This document shows positions 19,056 through 29,387 of a stretch of DNA of 64,000 nt, piece after piece (the first letter of the stretch is position 1; each line of letters begins with the position of its first letter). The notes beneath the pieces were generated by a model. It had not been told where the DNA came from. It searched no databases and saw only the letters and a list, made by a program, of their open reading frames with translations. A program made the translations under genes and the position numbers. Origin of the DNA: Myxococcota bacterium (GTDB lineage Bacteria > Myxococcota_A > UBA9160 > SZUA-336); contig CBDFGR010000002.1 in NCBI GenBank assembly GCA_965247115.1, positions 832,001-896,000 on the forward strand, written 5' to 3'.

Positions 19056-20006
19056 ATGGATGAGAACACCAATCGGGATCAGCCAAGCACGTTGATCCGC
19101 TACTTCGACCCGGATGCTCCCCGGGACGAGACCGTTCGCGCGATCGGCGTGGAGTACACGGGGCTCCTGACGCTCGGCGAGGCTCCCGGGGCCTCGAAGG
19201 AGGACTACAAAAAACGCCGCGACAGCATCATTCGCCAGCACGCGGTGACCGTGCGCGACGCGCGCACCAGCCAGATCGGCGGGCTCTCCTCGTGGAAGTT
19301 CGAGGTGAACGGCTTCACCTTCGTGCCTGCGCCAGCGCCCGTAGAGAACTTCCAGGACCGCGCGTGCGTCCGTCGCGAGTACGCGCCCCGGCTCCTCGAG
19401 CTCGTGAAAGCAACCACTGGGGCGAACCGCGCCTTCGTCATCGGACAGCAGGTCCGGTCCGAGCAGACGGGGCGAGGGACCTCGAGCAGCTCGTATGCCC
19501 GGTTCGCCCACTCGGACTACGGCCCGGAGTTCGAGCCCTTGTTTCGCCGGCTCCTGGCCGCGCGCTATGGCCTACCGGAAGAGGAGGCCACGAGCTGCGG
19601 GATCTGCTGCGCGGGATTCTGGGCCCCCATCGAGCGCCCCGCCTTCAAGGACCCGCTCTGCCTCCTCGACTGCAGCTCCGTCGACATGGAGAGGGACATG
19701 ATCCGGTACATATATCAGGGTGACCTGAAATTCGCCTCGAAGCGGCCGGAGGCCGAGAGAGTGCCGGCAGCAGCCCAGGACGCCCCCGCGATCGCCCCGG
19801 TCTACTCGCCCAGACACCGTTGGTTCTTCACTCCCGATATGCGTCCGGAGGAGGCGGTGATCTTCAAGCAGTACGACTGGCGGGAGAGCGTCGCCGCGCG
19901 GGCGTGCTGGCACAACTCGTTCCGCGACAACTTCCACGACGCCTGGGAGGAGTGCCCGGGTCGTCGCAGTATTGAATTCCGCATCCTCCTCGCTTTCGAG
20001 CGCTGA
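19056..20006 (+). CDS. CmcJ/NvfI/AsaB-like oxidoreductase
   Basis: VRDAR, NGF, ARFAHSDY, DPLCLLD, HRWFF.PDM..EE..IFKQYD, HNSF, RRSIEFR. Confidence 0.78.
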   Translation: MDENTNRDQPSTLIRYFDPDAPRDETVRAIGVEYTGLLTLGEAPGASKEDYKKRRDSIIRQHAVTVRDARTSQIGGLSSWKFEVNGFTFVPAPAPVENFQDRACVRREYAPRLLELVKATTGANRAFVIGQQVRSEQTGRGTSSSSYARFAHSDYGPEFEPLFRRLLAARYGLPEEEATSCGICCAGFWAPIERPAFKDPLCLLDCSSVDMERDMIRYIYQGDLKFASKRPEAERVPAAAQDAPAIAPVYSPRHRWFFTPDMRPEEAVIFKQYDWRESVAARACWHNSFRDNFHDAWEECPGRRSIEFRILLAFER

Positions 20007-20072
20007 GGATCGCCGCCGGCCACAGGCAGCGCACTTACAGGGTATCCGCTCAGGCCAGCGAGTCCTAGATCC

Positions 20073-20921
20073 CTACACTCGCGCCAGCGCTGTGGGATGC
20101 CCGGTGACTCCTGGGCGACAGCGCCAGATGCAGCCGCCTAGCTTTTCGTCCTCGGTGTTGTCCGCGCTCACCAGATAGAGATCGCCGTAGTCTGCACCGC
20201 CGAACGCGCAGCTGGTCACCGAGCGCGCAGGAACCGCGATCTCATCGAGCGCTTGGCCCTTGGGGTCGAGGACGGCGACGCGCCGGCCGCCTACATGGGC
20301 GACCCAGAGGTTGCCGTCGCGGTCGACACACATGCCGTCGGGAATGCCTCGTTCGAAGGCGGCCCGTCCGATGTGCCGTCTGTTGGAGAGATTGCCGCCC
20401 GCATCGACGTCGTGTACCCAGAGGCCTCGGCTGATGGAATCGACGTGATAAAGCGTCCGGCCGTCGGGCGAAAAGCCGATACCATTAGACACGGCCACGC
20501 CGTCGTAGAGCTCGGTGACACTGCCGTCGAGCTCGATCCGATACGCCTCGCCGGGATGATCCGGCGCGCTCCTCAGGTCGTCCACGTCCGCCCGGATGGC
20601 CCCCACGTACACCCGGCCAGACGCATCGGGGTGCAGATCGTTGAACAACGCCACGCCGTCGCGCTCGAGGAGTACCCGGAACTCACCGTCGCGCCAATGC
20701 GCGACACTCGACCCCGACATGATCAATCCGCCGTCGGCGTGGAGTGCCAGGCCGCCCACCATGGGACGGCGCGTGACCACCGTGTGGATCGTGCCGTTGG
20801 AATCGCGACGATGAACCGTGCCGCCGCGTATGTCTGTGAACCACAGAGCACCGTCGGCGTCGGTGCGCGGCCCTTCGACGAGTCCATAGCCGCTCGCAAG
20901 CAACTCGAGCTCGATATGCAT
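20073..20921 (-). CDS. SMP-30/gluconolactonase family protein
   Basis: EGP, LWFTDI, FND, SNGIGFSPDG, PDGMCVD.DGNLWVA, TSCAFGG. Confidence 0.9.
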   Translation of the reverse strand: MHIELELLASGYGLVEGPRTDADGALWFTDIRGGTVHRRDSNGTIHTVVTRRPMVGGLALHADGGLIMSGSSVAHWRDGEFRVLLERDGVALFNDLHPDASGRVYVGAIRADVDDLRSAPDHPGEAYRIELDGSVTELYDGVAVSNGIGFSPDGRTLYHVDSISRGLWVHDVDAGGNLSNRRHIGRAAFERGIPDGMCVDRDGNLWVAHVGGRRVAVLDPKGQALDEIAVPARSVTSCAFGGADYGDLYLVSADNTEDEKLGGCIWRCRPGVTGHPTALARV

Positions 20922-20961
20922 CAATGCCTCCCAGCCCAACTAGAGAGCGGATCCCGCGGGA

Positions 20962-21360
20962 CTACTGCTCCCAGACGGCGTTGATCAGCTCCGTGTCGAG
21001 ATACGCGGTGCCCTCGACCACCTTGCCGTCCAGGAGGCGCATCACCCAGGAGTAGGTCTGGTTGTAGGGCTTGCCCGAGCGCATCGTTCCCTGGCCGCGC
21101 CACTGGAGCGAAACCCAGTCGTCCTCGGCGATCAGATTGACGACCTTGGGCTCGATCGCACCCGAAAGCCGTCCCGTTAGCGGCTGGATCGCGCCCTCGA
21201 GGAAGGCAGCCCGGCTCTCATAGGTTTTGGAGACCGGGGTCGTTCCGATCACGGTCCACTTCACATCGTCGTCGAGCAGCCTGAAGAACGCGTTCCCGTC
21301 CCCCTCGGCCCACTTGGCAAACGTATCCGCGATCAGCGCCTTGTTGTCGGCTGCACCCAT
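20962..21360 (-). CDS. NTF2/SnoaL-like protein
   Basis: NKALI..F, DDV.W.V.G, IAEDD.V, GKPYNQ.Y.W, YLDT; RBS before ATG 21360. Confidence 0.85.
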   Translation of the reverse strand: MGAADNKALIADTFAKWAEGDGNAFFRLLDDDVKWTVIGTTPVSKTYESRAAFLEGAIQPLTGRLSGAIEPKVVNLIAEDDWVSLQWRGQGTMRSGKPYNQTYSWVMRLLDGKVVEGTAYLDTELINAVWEQ

Positions 21361-21460
21361 TGCGCTCTCCCTTCCGTCTCCTTGCAGTACCCTACCACTC
21401 ATTGCAGACGACCACATTCCCCACATCGAAGACGTCTTACCACCCAAGACGCTAGGTGGT

Positions 21461-22588
21461 TCAGCCAAGACTCTTGTCTCGGAAGGGATAGAGATGCTGT
21501 GCAATCACGCCGCTTGGAACCGGAGCTCCAATGACCCCATAGGACGCCGGCCACTCCCCCTTGGGCAGGCGAAGCGTCCCGAAGAGCAGGTCGATCACAG
21601 GAAGGTGCACAGCAAAGTTCGTATCTGCGGCACTGCGGTCGTCGGAGTGATGCCAATGATGGTACTGCGGAGTAACGAGGAGATAGTTGAGGACTCCGAA
21701 GTTTAGTCCGACGTTCGCGTGCGCGAAGACCGCCTGAACGCCAACGAGCAGGACGTAGCCTGCGATCGCGCTTTGCGAGAACCCGAGCAGGAAGATGGGC
21801 AGAAAGACCACAGACCGCGTGATCAGGACCTCGAGCAGATGCAGGCGCGATCCGGCCAACCAGTCCATTGCAGGCGCCGAGTGGTGGATCGAGTGGATCT
21901 TCCACATGAACGGATGCCCATGGTAGATCCGGTGGACCCAATACTGTGCAGAGTCGGCAGCGAAGACGATCACGGGGAATTGAACCCATGCCGGCCAGGA
22001 CGTGACCACCGCTTGGACCGGTTTGAAGACGGCCCAACCGAATAGAAGCGGGGCCGCGTTCAACGTAACGAGAAGGATGTACGAGACCAGCAGGTGGCTC
22101 AGGGCGAAATACTTGAGGTCGGCGCGCCATTGGCCGCGGAGAATCGGCTGGCTTGGGTTCTTCGGAAGGGCCTTCTCGATGGGGATGAAGACCAGACCTG
22201 AGACGAGAAGAGCCAGGATCAACCAATCGAGGCCGATGGCAAGCTGGCTCGCCGGTTCGCCGCTCGACTGTACCGATGCGCCTCCCAGCAGGGTCGCGAC
22301 CGCAGCCGAAGAGATCCCAACCATCGCTTGCTTGCGACCGTTCTTGAACAGGAAGTTGAGTGCACCTGCGGCGGCCGCACAGATGATGCTCCAGTAGAGT
22401 ACGCGTCGGAGAAGGGGGATATCGTAGACCGCCCGCAGATCTGTCGTCGTCAGGAGTTCCGGGAAAAGGAAGCAGAGCACACCGCCCAGCGATGACACCC
22501 CGAGCAGCGCGGATGCGTATCCGCTGATCCAACCTTCCCCGAGCTTGAGCTCAACTTCTGAGTCGCTCACGATCTTCGTCCCCGGCAC
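21461..22588 (-). CDS. Sterol desaturase/fatty-acid hydroxylase family membrane protein
   Basis: His boxes YWVHRIYH, IHSIHHS, FAHAN, YHHWHH; several TM segments. Confidence 0.9.
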   Translation of the reverse strand: MPGTKIVSDSEVELKLGEGWISGYASALLGVSSLGGVLCFLFPELLTTTDLRAVYDIPLLRRVLYWSIICAAAAGALNFLFKNGRKQAMVGISSAAVATLLGGASVQSSGEPASQLAIGLDWLILALLVSGLVFIPIEKALPKNPSQPILRGQWRADLKYFALSHLLVSYILLVTLNAAPLLFGWAVFKPVQAVVTSWPAWVQFPVIVFAADSAQYWVHRIYHGHPFMWKIHSIHHSAPAMDWLAGSRLHLLEVLITRSVVFLPIFLLGFSQSAIAGYVLLVGVQAVFAHANVGLNFGVLNYLLVTPQYHHWHHSDDRSAADTNFAVHLPVIDLLFGTLRLPKGEWPASYGVIGAPVPSGVIAQHLYPFRDKSLG

Positions 22589-22695
22589 TCCTCAGGCGGA
22601 GTCGACCCTATTCTAGGACCAAACCCAGGACGACCCCATTCACGTCCATCGGCTCGCCCCGGGGGCTCCTCTCCCGGGGATTTGACCGGCCATGC

Positions 22696-23280
22696 TCAGA
22701 AGTCTGCATGGGTCGCTTTATAGATCGGCCGCGCTTTGATGCGCTCCACATAGGCCGCAACCTTGGGTGATAGATCCATCATCTTGAAGTCGCTGAAGAG
22801 GGCGAGCGCGCCGCCGAAGACGATGTCGGCTGCCGTGAATTGGTTGCCCAGCGCCCAGCCGGCTTCGGGCGTCATCGACTCCACCGTCGCCATCCCACGA
22901 GGCATGTCCCCCCAGCCCATGGACTGGGGGTCGGCCTCGACCCCGAGCGAGGTGACGGAGAGAAGCGGCTCGAGCGTGATGCCGGGGAAGAAGAGATAGC
23001 GGTAGTACTCGGCGCGCTCAGTCGAGCCCGAGGGTGGTGCGAACCCCTTGTCAGCGAACTTATCCGCCAGGTAGGCGCAGATCGCGGCGGTTTCGGTGAC
23101 GACCACCTCGCCGTCGACGAGCGCTGGCACCTTGCCCATCGGGTTGATTGCTCGGTACTCTGGCGAGTTCTGTTCGCCCGCCTCTAGGTCGAGCACGACC
23201 TGCTCATGCGGGGCATCGAGCTCTTTGAGCATCCAGTCGGTCGTGACGGCTCGCGTCTTCGGATAGAAGTAATGCTTCAT
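22696..23280 (-). CDS. Glutathione S-transferase
   Basis: INPMGKVPALVD, TETAAICAYLAD, FTAAD, ARP. Confidence 0.9.
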   Translation of the reverse strand: MKHYFYPKTRAVTTDWMLKELDAPHEQVVLDLEAGEQNSPEYRAINPMGKVPALVDGEVVVTETAAICAYLADKFADKGFAPPSGSTERAEYYRYLFFPGITLEPLLSVTSLGVEADPQSMGWGDMPRGMATVESMTPEAGWALGNQFTAADIVFGGALALFSDFKMMDLSPKVAAYVERIKARPIYKATHADF

Positions 23281-23458
23281 GTGCCTCTCCTCGCAAGGTT
23301 GCCTGTTAGGCTATCAGCACCGACGGGTCGAAGCCGAGATCGGCCTTCGCACCTACCCCGATCGAAGCCGCGAGCCAGCAGGTCCGCGAACGCGGTGTGC
23401 GAACTGCGCTCATGTCCATGCTCCTGAAGAATGATGCGCAACGGTCACTTGTTAAAAG

Positions 23459-25189
23459 TCAGAGTCGCTCCTCTAGCAGGATCTCCAGATCGACGAGCTT
23501 CCAGATCCCGTCTACGGGGGACACGATGAGCTCGGCGCGGTACTGGTTGCGACGCTGGTGCATGTGTCCCCAATGCCCCACCGAGCCGCCCACGTTCCAG
23601 GTGGCCGTTGCCACGAAGCCGCCGCTCCCCGCAGGTTCTGCGGAGAGATCGATCAACTCGATTTCCTTAACCTTGGCGCGCGCACCGCCCTGATTCGCCA
23701 GCTCGAGGCCTCGTCGAGTCTCGAGGTAGATCTGAGCGAGCAGGTCCCCGTCTACGCTGCGTTCCAACGTGTCGTAGATCTGCTCCTCCCCGCGGAAGTC
23801 AAATGCCCGGTACACGTTATGGAGGAGGTCCGCGACGATCTGGCGAGCTCGACTGTCCGAGAGCGCAGCGTCGTGCCCAACCGGGAAGCTCGCAACAGCG
23901 ACGAGGACAGAGGCTGCCGCGACCACTGCATGCACCCGGCGTCGACTCCTCAACCAGTTGAACACGGCGAGAAGCGCGAGCCCGAGAAAGAGCCAACGTC
24001 CGATGAGCATGGATCTGGCGAGCATGCCCGGGGGTGAGGCCAGGACCCGGAGCGTCGGCGGCTCGGGGTTCTTCAGGAAGTTCTGCCACTCCAGCACGCG
24101 GTAGTCTGCGTCCAGGTAGGTCTGCAACGGACCAGCCTGGTCCACGGCGGCCGCAGGAATCCTCTCGAAGCGCTCGTCCCAGAGGTCCCAGTCCATGCTG
24201 ACGCGATCCGGCAGGCCGTCGGTGGCGTACACGAAGATGACCCCGAGGGTGGCGGAGGACAGGTCGAGCTCGACCGGCGGGTCGATCACTCGGCTGGTTC
24301 GGAGCGTTCTCTCAAGAAAGTTGATGCGCGCGAGCTCGGGCTCGACTGCCTGGCCATCGATCAGAACGCGTTGGTGGAGCCTCAGGAATTCGGCGGCCTT
24401 GCGCTTGAGCTCTGCCTGGAGCTCGACTGGGATCGTGCGGCGTTCCGCCAGCCCCAGATCGACCCACTTCTGGAGGTCGCGGGGCCTGGCGATGATCTCC
24501 TTTCTCACCTCGTAGGGCTCGACGTAGATAAAGCCGCTCATCGGTGCGTAGTAGGTTCGGCGCAGGTTGCGGTTCCGAAAGCGTGAGTACCACGGGTCTG
24601 CCCAATCGAGGTCGAGCGTCTGGCTCGGCGTCAGGTAGCGAAAATCATTGACGGGGATCCCCGCGTGGTAGACGACGAAGCCGACACTGGTCGCCGCCTC
24701 TCCGCGCGGGGCCAGAAACGTCAAGCTCGCAGGATTCGCGGGTAGACCGTACTCGAGCCGCGCGAACACAACGAGCTCCTCTTCATCCTGATTCACGGCC
24801 AGAGGCTCACCGGTGATCTCATCCCGTCGCAAGCGTGGCCGTGCCTCGATGCCCAGCAGGCGGCCCGGCAGCGGCTTGCCCGCTTCTGGTTTGATGACCA
24901 GATCCTCGCGGAAGAAGAGTTCGAGCCGCTCCGAGAGGGGCCTGGGCGAGTGGCCAGCCCTCTCGTAGATCTCGTCGGGCAGCAGGTTGCGAAACGTCTC
25001 GAGGTCCCTGAGGCCGACTTCGAGCTCGACGGTGACCGTATCGTCGTTGACGTAGTACTCGACGATGGTGGTCGCAAACATAGCTTGCGAGCGGATGATC
25101 GCATCTGCCCGGGCAGAAGCGGGCAGCGCCCAAACGCAGCCGCACGCGAGCGCTATACGAGCGAACCGAGCGCGAAGGTCCCTAGACAT
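23459..25189 (-). CDS. Conserved exported/membrane hypothetical protein, divergent from the ABC module
   Basis: Signal peptide from ATG 25189 (..ARA|DAII), two C-terminal TM helices, GSVGHWGHMHQR motif; typical codon usage. Confidence 0.7.
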   Translation of the reverse strand: MSRDLRARFARIALACGCVWALPASARADAIIRSQAMFATTIVEYYVNDDTVTVELEVGLRDLETFRNLLPDEIYERAGHSPRPLSERLELFFREDLVIKPEAGKPLPGRLLGIEARPRLRRDEITGEPLAVNQDEEELVVFARLEYGLPANPASLTFLAPRGEAATSVGFVVYHAGIPVNDFRYLTPSQTLDLDWADPWYSRFRNRNLRRTYYAPMSGFIYVEPYEVRKEIIARPRDLQKWVDLGLAERRTIPVELQAELKRKAAEFLRLHQRVLIDGQAVEPELARINFLERTLRTSRVIDPPVELDLSSATLGVIFVYATDGLPDRVSMDWDLWDERFERIPAAAVDQAGPLQTYLDADYRVLEWQNFLKNPEPPTLRVLASPPGMLARSMLIGRWLFLGLALLAVFNWLRSRRRVHAVVAAASVLVAVASFPVGHDAALSDSRARQIVADLLHNVYRAFDFRGEEQIYDTLERSVDGDLLAQIYLETRRGLELANQGGARAKVKEIELIDLSAEPAGSGGFVATATWNVGGSVGHWGHMHQRRNQYRAELIVSPVDGIWKLVDLEILLEERL

Positions 25190-25245
25190 GCTGCTCGGAG
25201 TATAGGCTGAAGCGGCTGGCGAGCCTTTTGGCCTACTATCTGCCC

Positions 25246-25920
25246 GTGGCTGTGCAGATCCAAGAGCTCCGCTTCCGCTACGGGGAGGGCGACTTCCGCC
25301 TCCACGTGCCGCAGCTCGCCGTGGAGGACGGCGAGGCGCTCGCGCTGGTTGGCCCCAGTGGGTCCGGGAAGACCACGCTGCTCCACCTCCTCGCAGGCAT
25401 CGCGGTGCCACAGTCTGGAGAGGTCGTGACTTGTGGAGTGAACCTGGCGACTCTGGATGACAGCGCGCGCCGCGACTTTCGCATCCGGAACATCGGGCTC
25501 GTGTTCCAGGAGTTCGAGCTGCTCGAATATCTCGACGTCCTCGATAACGTGCTCCTTCCGCACCGAATCAGTCCTGCACTCAAGCTAGACGCTGAAGTGC
25601 GCGAGCGAGCGGCTCGTGTGGCGGAAGAGATCGGGATCGAGAGCCTGCTTGCTCGGTACGTTACACAGCTTTCCCAGGGGGAGCGGCAGCGCGTAGCGAT
25701 CTGTCGCGCCCTTGCGACCGAGCCGACGCTGCTCCTGGCGGACGAGCCGACCGGGAACCTGGATCTAGACAACAAGGACCGTGTGCTGGACAGCTTGTTC
25801 CTCAGCGCGCGTAGAACGGGTGCGACACTGATCGCTGTCACGCACGATCACGACCTGTTGCCGCGCTTTGACCGCGTCATCGACTTTCGGGACTTTCACG
25901 CTGCCGGGCGACAGCCTTGA
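25246..25920 (+). CDS. ABC ATPase (LolD/MacB-like)
   Basis: GPSGSGKTT, LSQGERQRVA, LLADEPTGNLD, VTHD. Confidence 0.93.
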   Translation: MAVQIQELRFRYGEGDFRLHVPQLAVEDGEALALVGPSGSGKTTLLHLLAGIAVPQSGEVVTCGVNLATLDDSARRDFRIRNIGLVFQEFELLEYLDVLDNVLLPHRISPALKLDAEVRERAARVAEEIGIESLLARYVTQLSQGERQRVAICRALATEPTLLLADEPTGNLDLDNKDRVLDSLFLSARRTGATLIAVTHDHDLLPRFDRVIDFRDFHAAGRQP

Positions 25921-27098
25921 GCGGCACCCTCTATCTGGTCTGGCGCTACCTCACCTATCACCGGCTGAAGTCCGTGATTCTGGTCGGCTCCCTGGGCCTC
26001 ATGGTCTACCTGCCTTTGGGGCTGAACGTGCTGGTGGTGCAGAGCGCCGACGAACTCACGGCCCGTGCCGAGGCCACGCCGCTCCTGGTGGGTGCGAAGG
26101 GCAGTCCGCTCGAGCTCGTGCTGAACTCGCTCTACTTCGAGTCAGAGCCACCGCCGTCGAGCGACTTTGCGGAGGTCCAGCGCATTGCCGACTCGGGCCT
26201 GGCGGAGGCCATCCCGCTGCACGTCCGCTTTCGCGCGCGCGGCTACCCGATCGTTGGAACGACCCTCGAGTACTTCGACTATCGACGTCTCGATATCGCA
26301 GCTGGACGGCCGATGGCGCTCCTCGGCGAGTGCGTACTGGGGGCCGCGCTACCAGGGCTCCTGGGAGCAGGTCCCGGAGACTCGATCGTCTCCTCGCCGG
26401 AGAGCGTCTTCGATCTGGCCGGAGTCTATCCACTCAAGCTGAATGTGGTCGGGGTGCTCCAGCGCTCGCACAGCCCGGATGACCGTTCGATCTTCATCGA
26501 CGTGAAGACCGCGTGGGTGATACAGGGAGTCGGACACGGTCACCAGGATCTCGCCGCTCCCGGAGCAGACGCTGCCATTCTCGCGCGCGAAGGGGACACG
26601 ATCACGGCAAATGCTTCCGTGGTCCAGTACAACGAGATCACGCCCGACAACATGGACTCCTTCCACTTTCACGGCGAGCTCTCCGAATACCCGGTGACGG
26701 CCATCGTCGCCGTGCCTCCGGACCGCAAGTCCGGTGTGCTGCTGATGGGCCGCTACGAGGGGAACGAGGAAGTGAGCCAGATCCTGCGCCCTGCCGAGAT
26801 CATCGACGAGCTGCTGGCGACGATCCTGACGGTTCGAAGCTACGCGATCGCGGGCGCCCTCGTGCTCGGATCGGCGACCCTCGCCATGGCGGCACTGGTG
26901 TTTCTACTCTCGCTGCGCCTGCGCCGCCGGGAGATCGAGACCATGATGAAGATCGGCGCGCCGAGGGGCCGGGTCGCTGCGCTGATTGTCGCCGAGATCA
27001 CGATCGTGCTGCTCGCGGGTTCGGTGCTGGCTGGAGGGCTCACGCTGATCACAGCAAGCTACGGGGCTTCTCTGATCCGAGGGGTGCTTCTCGCGTGA
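25917..27098 (+). CDS. MacB/FtsX-type ABC permease
   Basis: One N-terminal TM, large periplasmic loop with GHGHQD, RRREIETM.KIGA.R C-terminal motif; overlaps ATPase stop. Confidence 0.8.
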   Translation: MSGTLYLVWRYLTYHRLKSVILVGSLGLMVYLPLGLNVLVVQSADELTARAEATPLLVGAKGSPLELVLNSLYFESEPPPSSDFAEVQRIADSGLAEAIPLHVRFRARGYPIVGTTLEYFDYRRLDIAAGRPMALLGECVLGAALPGLLGAGPGDSIVSSPESVFDLAGVYPLKLNVVGVLQRSHSPDDRSIFIDVKTAWVIQGVGHGHQDLAAPGADAAILAREGDTITANASVVQYNEITPDNMDSFHFHGELSEYPVTAIVAVPPDRKSGVLLMGRYEGNEEVSQILRPAEIIDELLATILTVRSYAIAGALVLGSATLAMAALVFLLSLRLRRREIETMMKIGAPRGRVAALIVAEITIVLLAGSVLAGGLTLITASYGASLIRGVLLA

Positions 27099-28030
27099 GG
27101 CGCGGAGCGCTCATCAGCCTGCTTGCTCTCGGAGGCCTCGTCGCGTGTGGCGAGAGGGAGCCCTTGGCCGAGCCGAACGCGAACCCTACGAGCACTGTGC
27201 TCGTCTACACGGTCAACTACCCCTTGCTCTACTTTGCCGAGAGGATCGGTGGAGATCGCGTCAAGGCCGTGCTCCCAGCGCCGACAGGCGTCGATCCGGC
27301 GCACTGGTCGCCCGATATCGAGACCATTACCGCTTATCAGCGCGCAGATCTCTTGCTCCTGAACGGTCTGGGCTACGCGTCCTGGGTCGACCGTGCGTCG
27401 CTGCGACGCTCGAGGTTGATCGACACCTCGGCATCGTTTGCAGAGCGGGCGCTTCCGATCGAGAGGTCGGTGCTCCACACGCATGGGCCGGAGGGCGCGC
27501 ACTCGCATCGCGGCCCTGCGTTCACGAGCTGGCTCGACCCCGAGCTCGCCATTGCCATGTCCGTTGCCATTCGCGACGCCCTGAGCGCCGCCCGCCCCGC
27601 CTCGCAGACCGAGTTCGACTCGGGCGCTGCCAGCTTGACCGCGGACCTTCGGGCACTGGATCGACAGCTGGCCGCAACTGCCGCTCGGATTGGCAACGAG
27701 CCGCTCGTCTTCTCGCATCCTGTCTACCAGTACCTGGCACATCGCTACGGGTTGAACGGGCGCTCCCTCGAATGGGAACCCGGTGAGTCTCCATCCGTGC
27801 ACATGTGGCGGGATCTCGAGGTGCTGCTGCGCGAGCACCCCGCGCGCTGGATCATCTGGGAGGCGGAACCCCTGCCTGACACGCTGCAGCGGCTGGAGGA
27901 GCTCGGATTACGCAGTGTGGTGTACGATCCATGTGGCGCGGCGCCCGAGCAGGGTGACCTTCTGAGTGTCATGCGCGCAAACGCTGGACGGCTCGCGCAA
28001 CTCGGCGACACGTCGTCGAACCCCCTCTGA
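27095..28030 (+). CDS. ZnuA/TroA-like metal-binding lipoprotein
   Basis: Lipobox LVAC, P.GVDPAHWSP, LNGLGY, HTHGPEGAHSH, WLDP, HPVYQYL..YGL. Confidence 0.85.
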   Translation: MRRGALISLLALGGLVACGEREPLAEPNANPTSTVLVYTVNYPLLYFAERIGGDRVKAVLPAPTGVDPAHWSPDIETITAYQRADLLLLNGLGYASWVDRASLRRSRLIDTSASFAERALPIERSVLHTHGPEGAHSHRGPAFTSWLDPELAIAMSVAIRDALSAARPASQTEFDSGAASLTADLRALDRQLAATAARIGNEPLVFSHPVYQYLAHRYGLNGRSLEWEPGESPSVHMWRDLEVLLREHPARWIIWEAEPLPDTLQRLEELGLRSVVYDPCGAAPEQGDLLSVMRANAGRLAQLGDTSSNPL

Positions 28031-28157
28031 CATGAGGGCAACATGTACTTCTGGCGCGCGACCCCGCGTCGAGTATGGTACAACCCGCTTCCAAGTGCGG
28101 TTCCTGTTTCCAAAGGCGTCGGGGTGGCTTGACTGTGAGATCTAGGAGGGACGCGAG

Positions 28158-29387
28158 GTGAAGAGCATCAGGGTGATCGGGTTGGCGCTGGGTTTGCTCG
28201 CGCCTTCCGGGGCCCTTGCCGCCGGGTTCCAGAGTATCGAGCAGGGTACTTGGGACATCGGACGGGCCCTGGTGGGAGCGGCGTCGGCAGCGGACTCTGC
28301 TGCGACGGTCTTCTACAACCCAGCAGGCATGACTCTCATCGAGGACACGGAGATCGTGGGTGGGCTCATGGGGGTCCTGGTCGATATTGAGTTCGACACC
28401 GAGCCCGGCACCACATTTACGGGTGGAGGCAGCGGAAATGCGGCCTCTAACGCCGTGGTTCCGAGCGGGCCGTTCTTTGTTCATCCCGTGAACGAGCAGC
28501 TTTCGGTCGGCTTTAGCTTTACAGCCCCATTCGTCGGTTCTCTCGACTATGGCCGCTCCTGGGCGGGTCGCTACTTCGCTCGCGAGGTGGACCTCGCCAT
28601 GTACAGGGCCAGCCCTGCGGTCGCCTACCGGGTGAACGACTGGCTCTCACTCGGGGCGAGCGTGGCCATTAACTACACGAGGTTCGACTTCAAGGTCGCG
28701 ATCCCCACGCCCGGTCCGGATGGCAAGCTCAAGGTAGACAAGGCCGATGAATGGCAGTGGAGCTTCAGTCTCGGTGCGATGATAGAGCTGCAAGAGGGGA
28801 CGCGCCTCGGGATCAACTACTTCTCAGAGGTCGACAACGACGACCTCGGCGGTGACATCGATCTCACACTGCCTGGTCCTCTGCCTGGCTTCAGCTCCGC
28901 TGTAGACGTCAGGTTCACGCTGCCCCAAGCAGCGGTCGCCAGCCTTCGCCAGGAGATCACTGACGACCTGGTCCTGTACTTCGATCTGGGATGGGTCGAC
29001 TTCAGCGCGTTCAGACACATCAGCGTAGACGTCTCGGGCGGAACCACGGTGAATGCGAACATCCATTTCAGGGATATTACCGTCGGCGGAATTGGCGGGG
29101 AGTACCGGATCAACGACCTCTGGACGTGGCAGTTCGGCTCTTCGTACGCGAGCTCACCCGTTGGCGGCTCGGACAGAAGTCCAGCCCTGGCCTTCGACCG
29201 ACAGATCCGCTACGCCACTGGAATCCGCTACGAGTGGAGCGAGAATCTCACGCTCGCTCTCTCCTATGAGTTCCTGGACCTCGGCAGCAACAACGTCAAC
29301 ATCCAAGGCTTTGGCGGCGCGCTGAAGGGCGACTACGACCCCAACAACGCGCACTTCATCGCCCTCACCGCCCGCCACAAGTTCTGA
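28158..29387 (+). CDS. fadL: OmpP1/FadL/TodX outer-membrane transporter
   Basis: Signal peptide then AGFQSIEQ, GRA..G, YNPAGM, P.VAYRVND.LSLG, C-terminal Phe. Confidence 0.88.
   Translation: MKSIRVIGLALGLLAPSGALAAGFQSIEQGTWDIGRALVGAASAADSAATVFYNPAGMTLIEDTEIVGGLMGVLVDIEFDTEPGTTFTGGGSGNAASNAVVPSGPFFVHPVNEQLSVGFSFTAPFVGSLDYGRSWAGRYFAREVDLAMYRASPAVAYRVNDWLSLGASVAINYTRFDFKVAIPTPGPDGKLKVDKADEWQWSFSLGAMIELQEGTRLGINYFSEVDNDDLGGDIDLTLPGPLPGFSSAVDVRFTLPQAAVASLRQEITDDLVLYFDLGWVDFSAFRHISVDVSGGTTVNANIHFRDITVGGIGGEYRINDLWTWQFGSSYASSPVGGSDRSPALAFDRQIRYATGIRYEWSENLTLALSYEFLDLGSNNVNIQGFGGALKGDYDPNNAHFIALTARHKF

Noticed and set aside
26513..27094. N-terminal extensions of the SBP ORF (also 46620 and 48341 ORF starts)
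   Set aside because: Out-of-frame overlaps with upstream genes; coupled starts at 27095, 46827 and 48818 fit better
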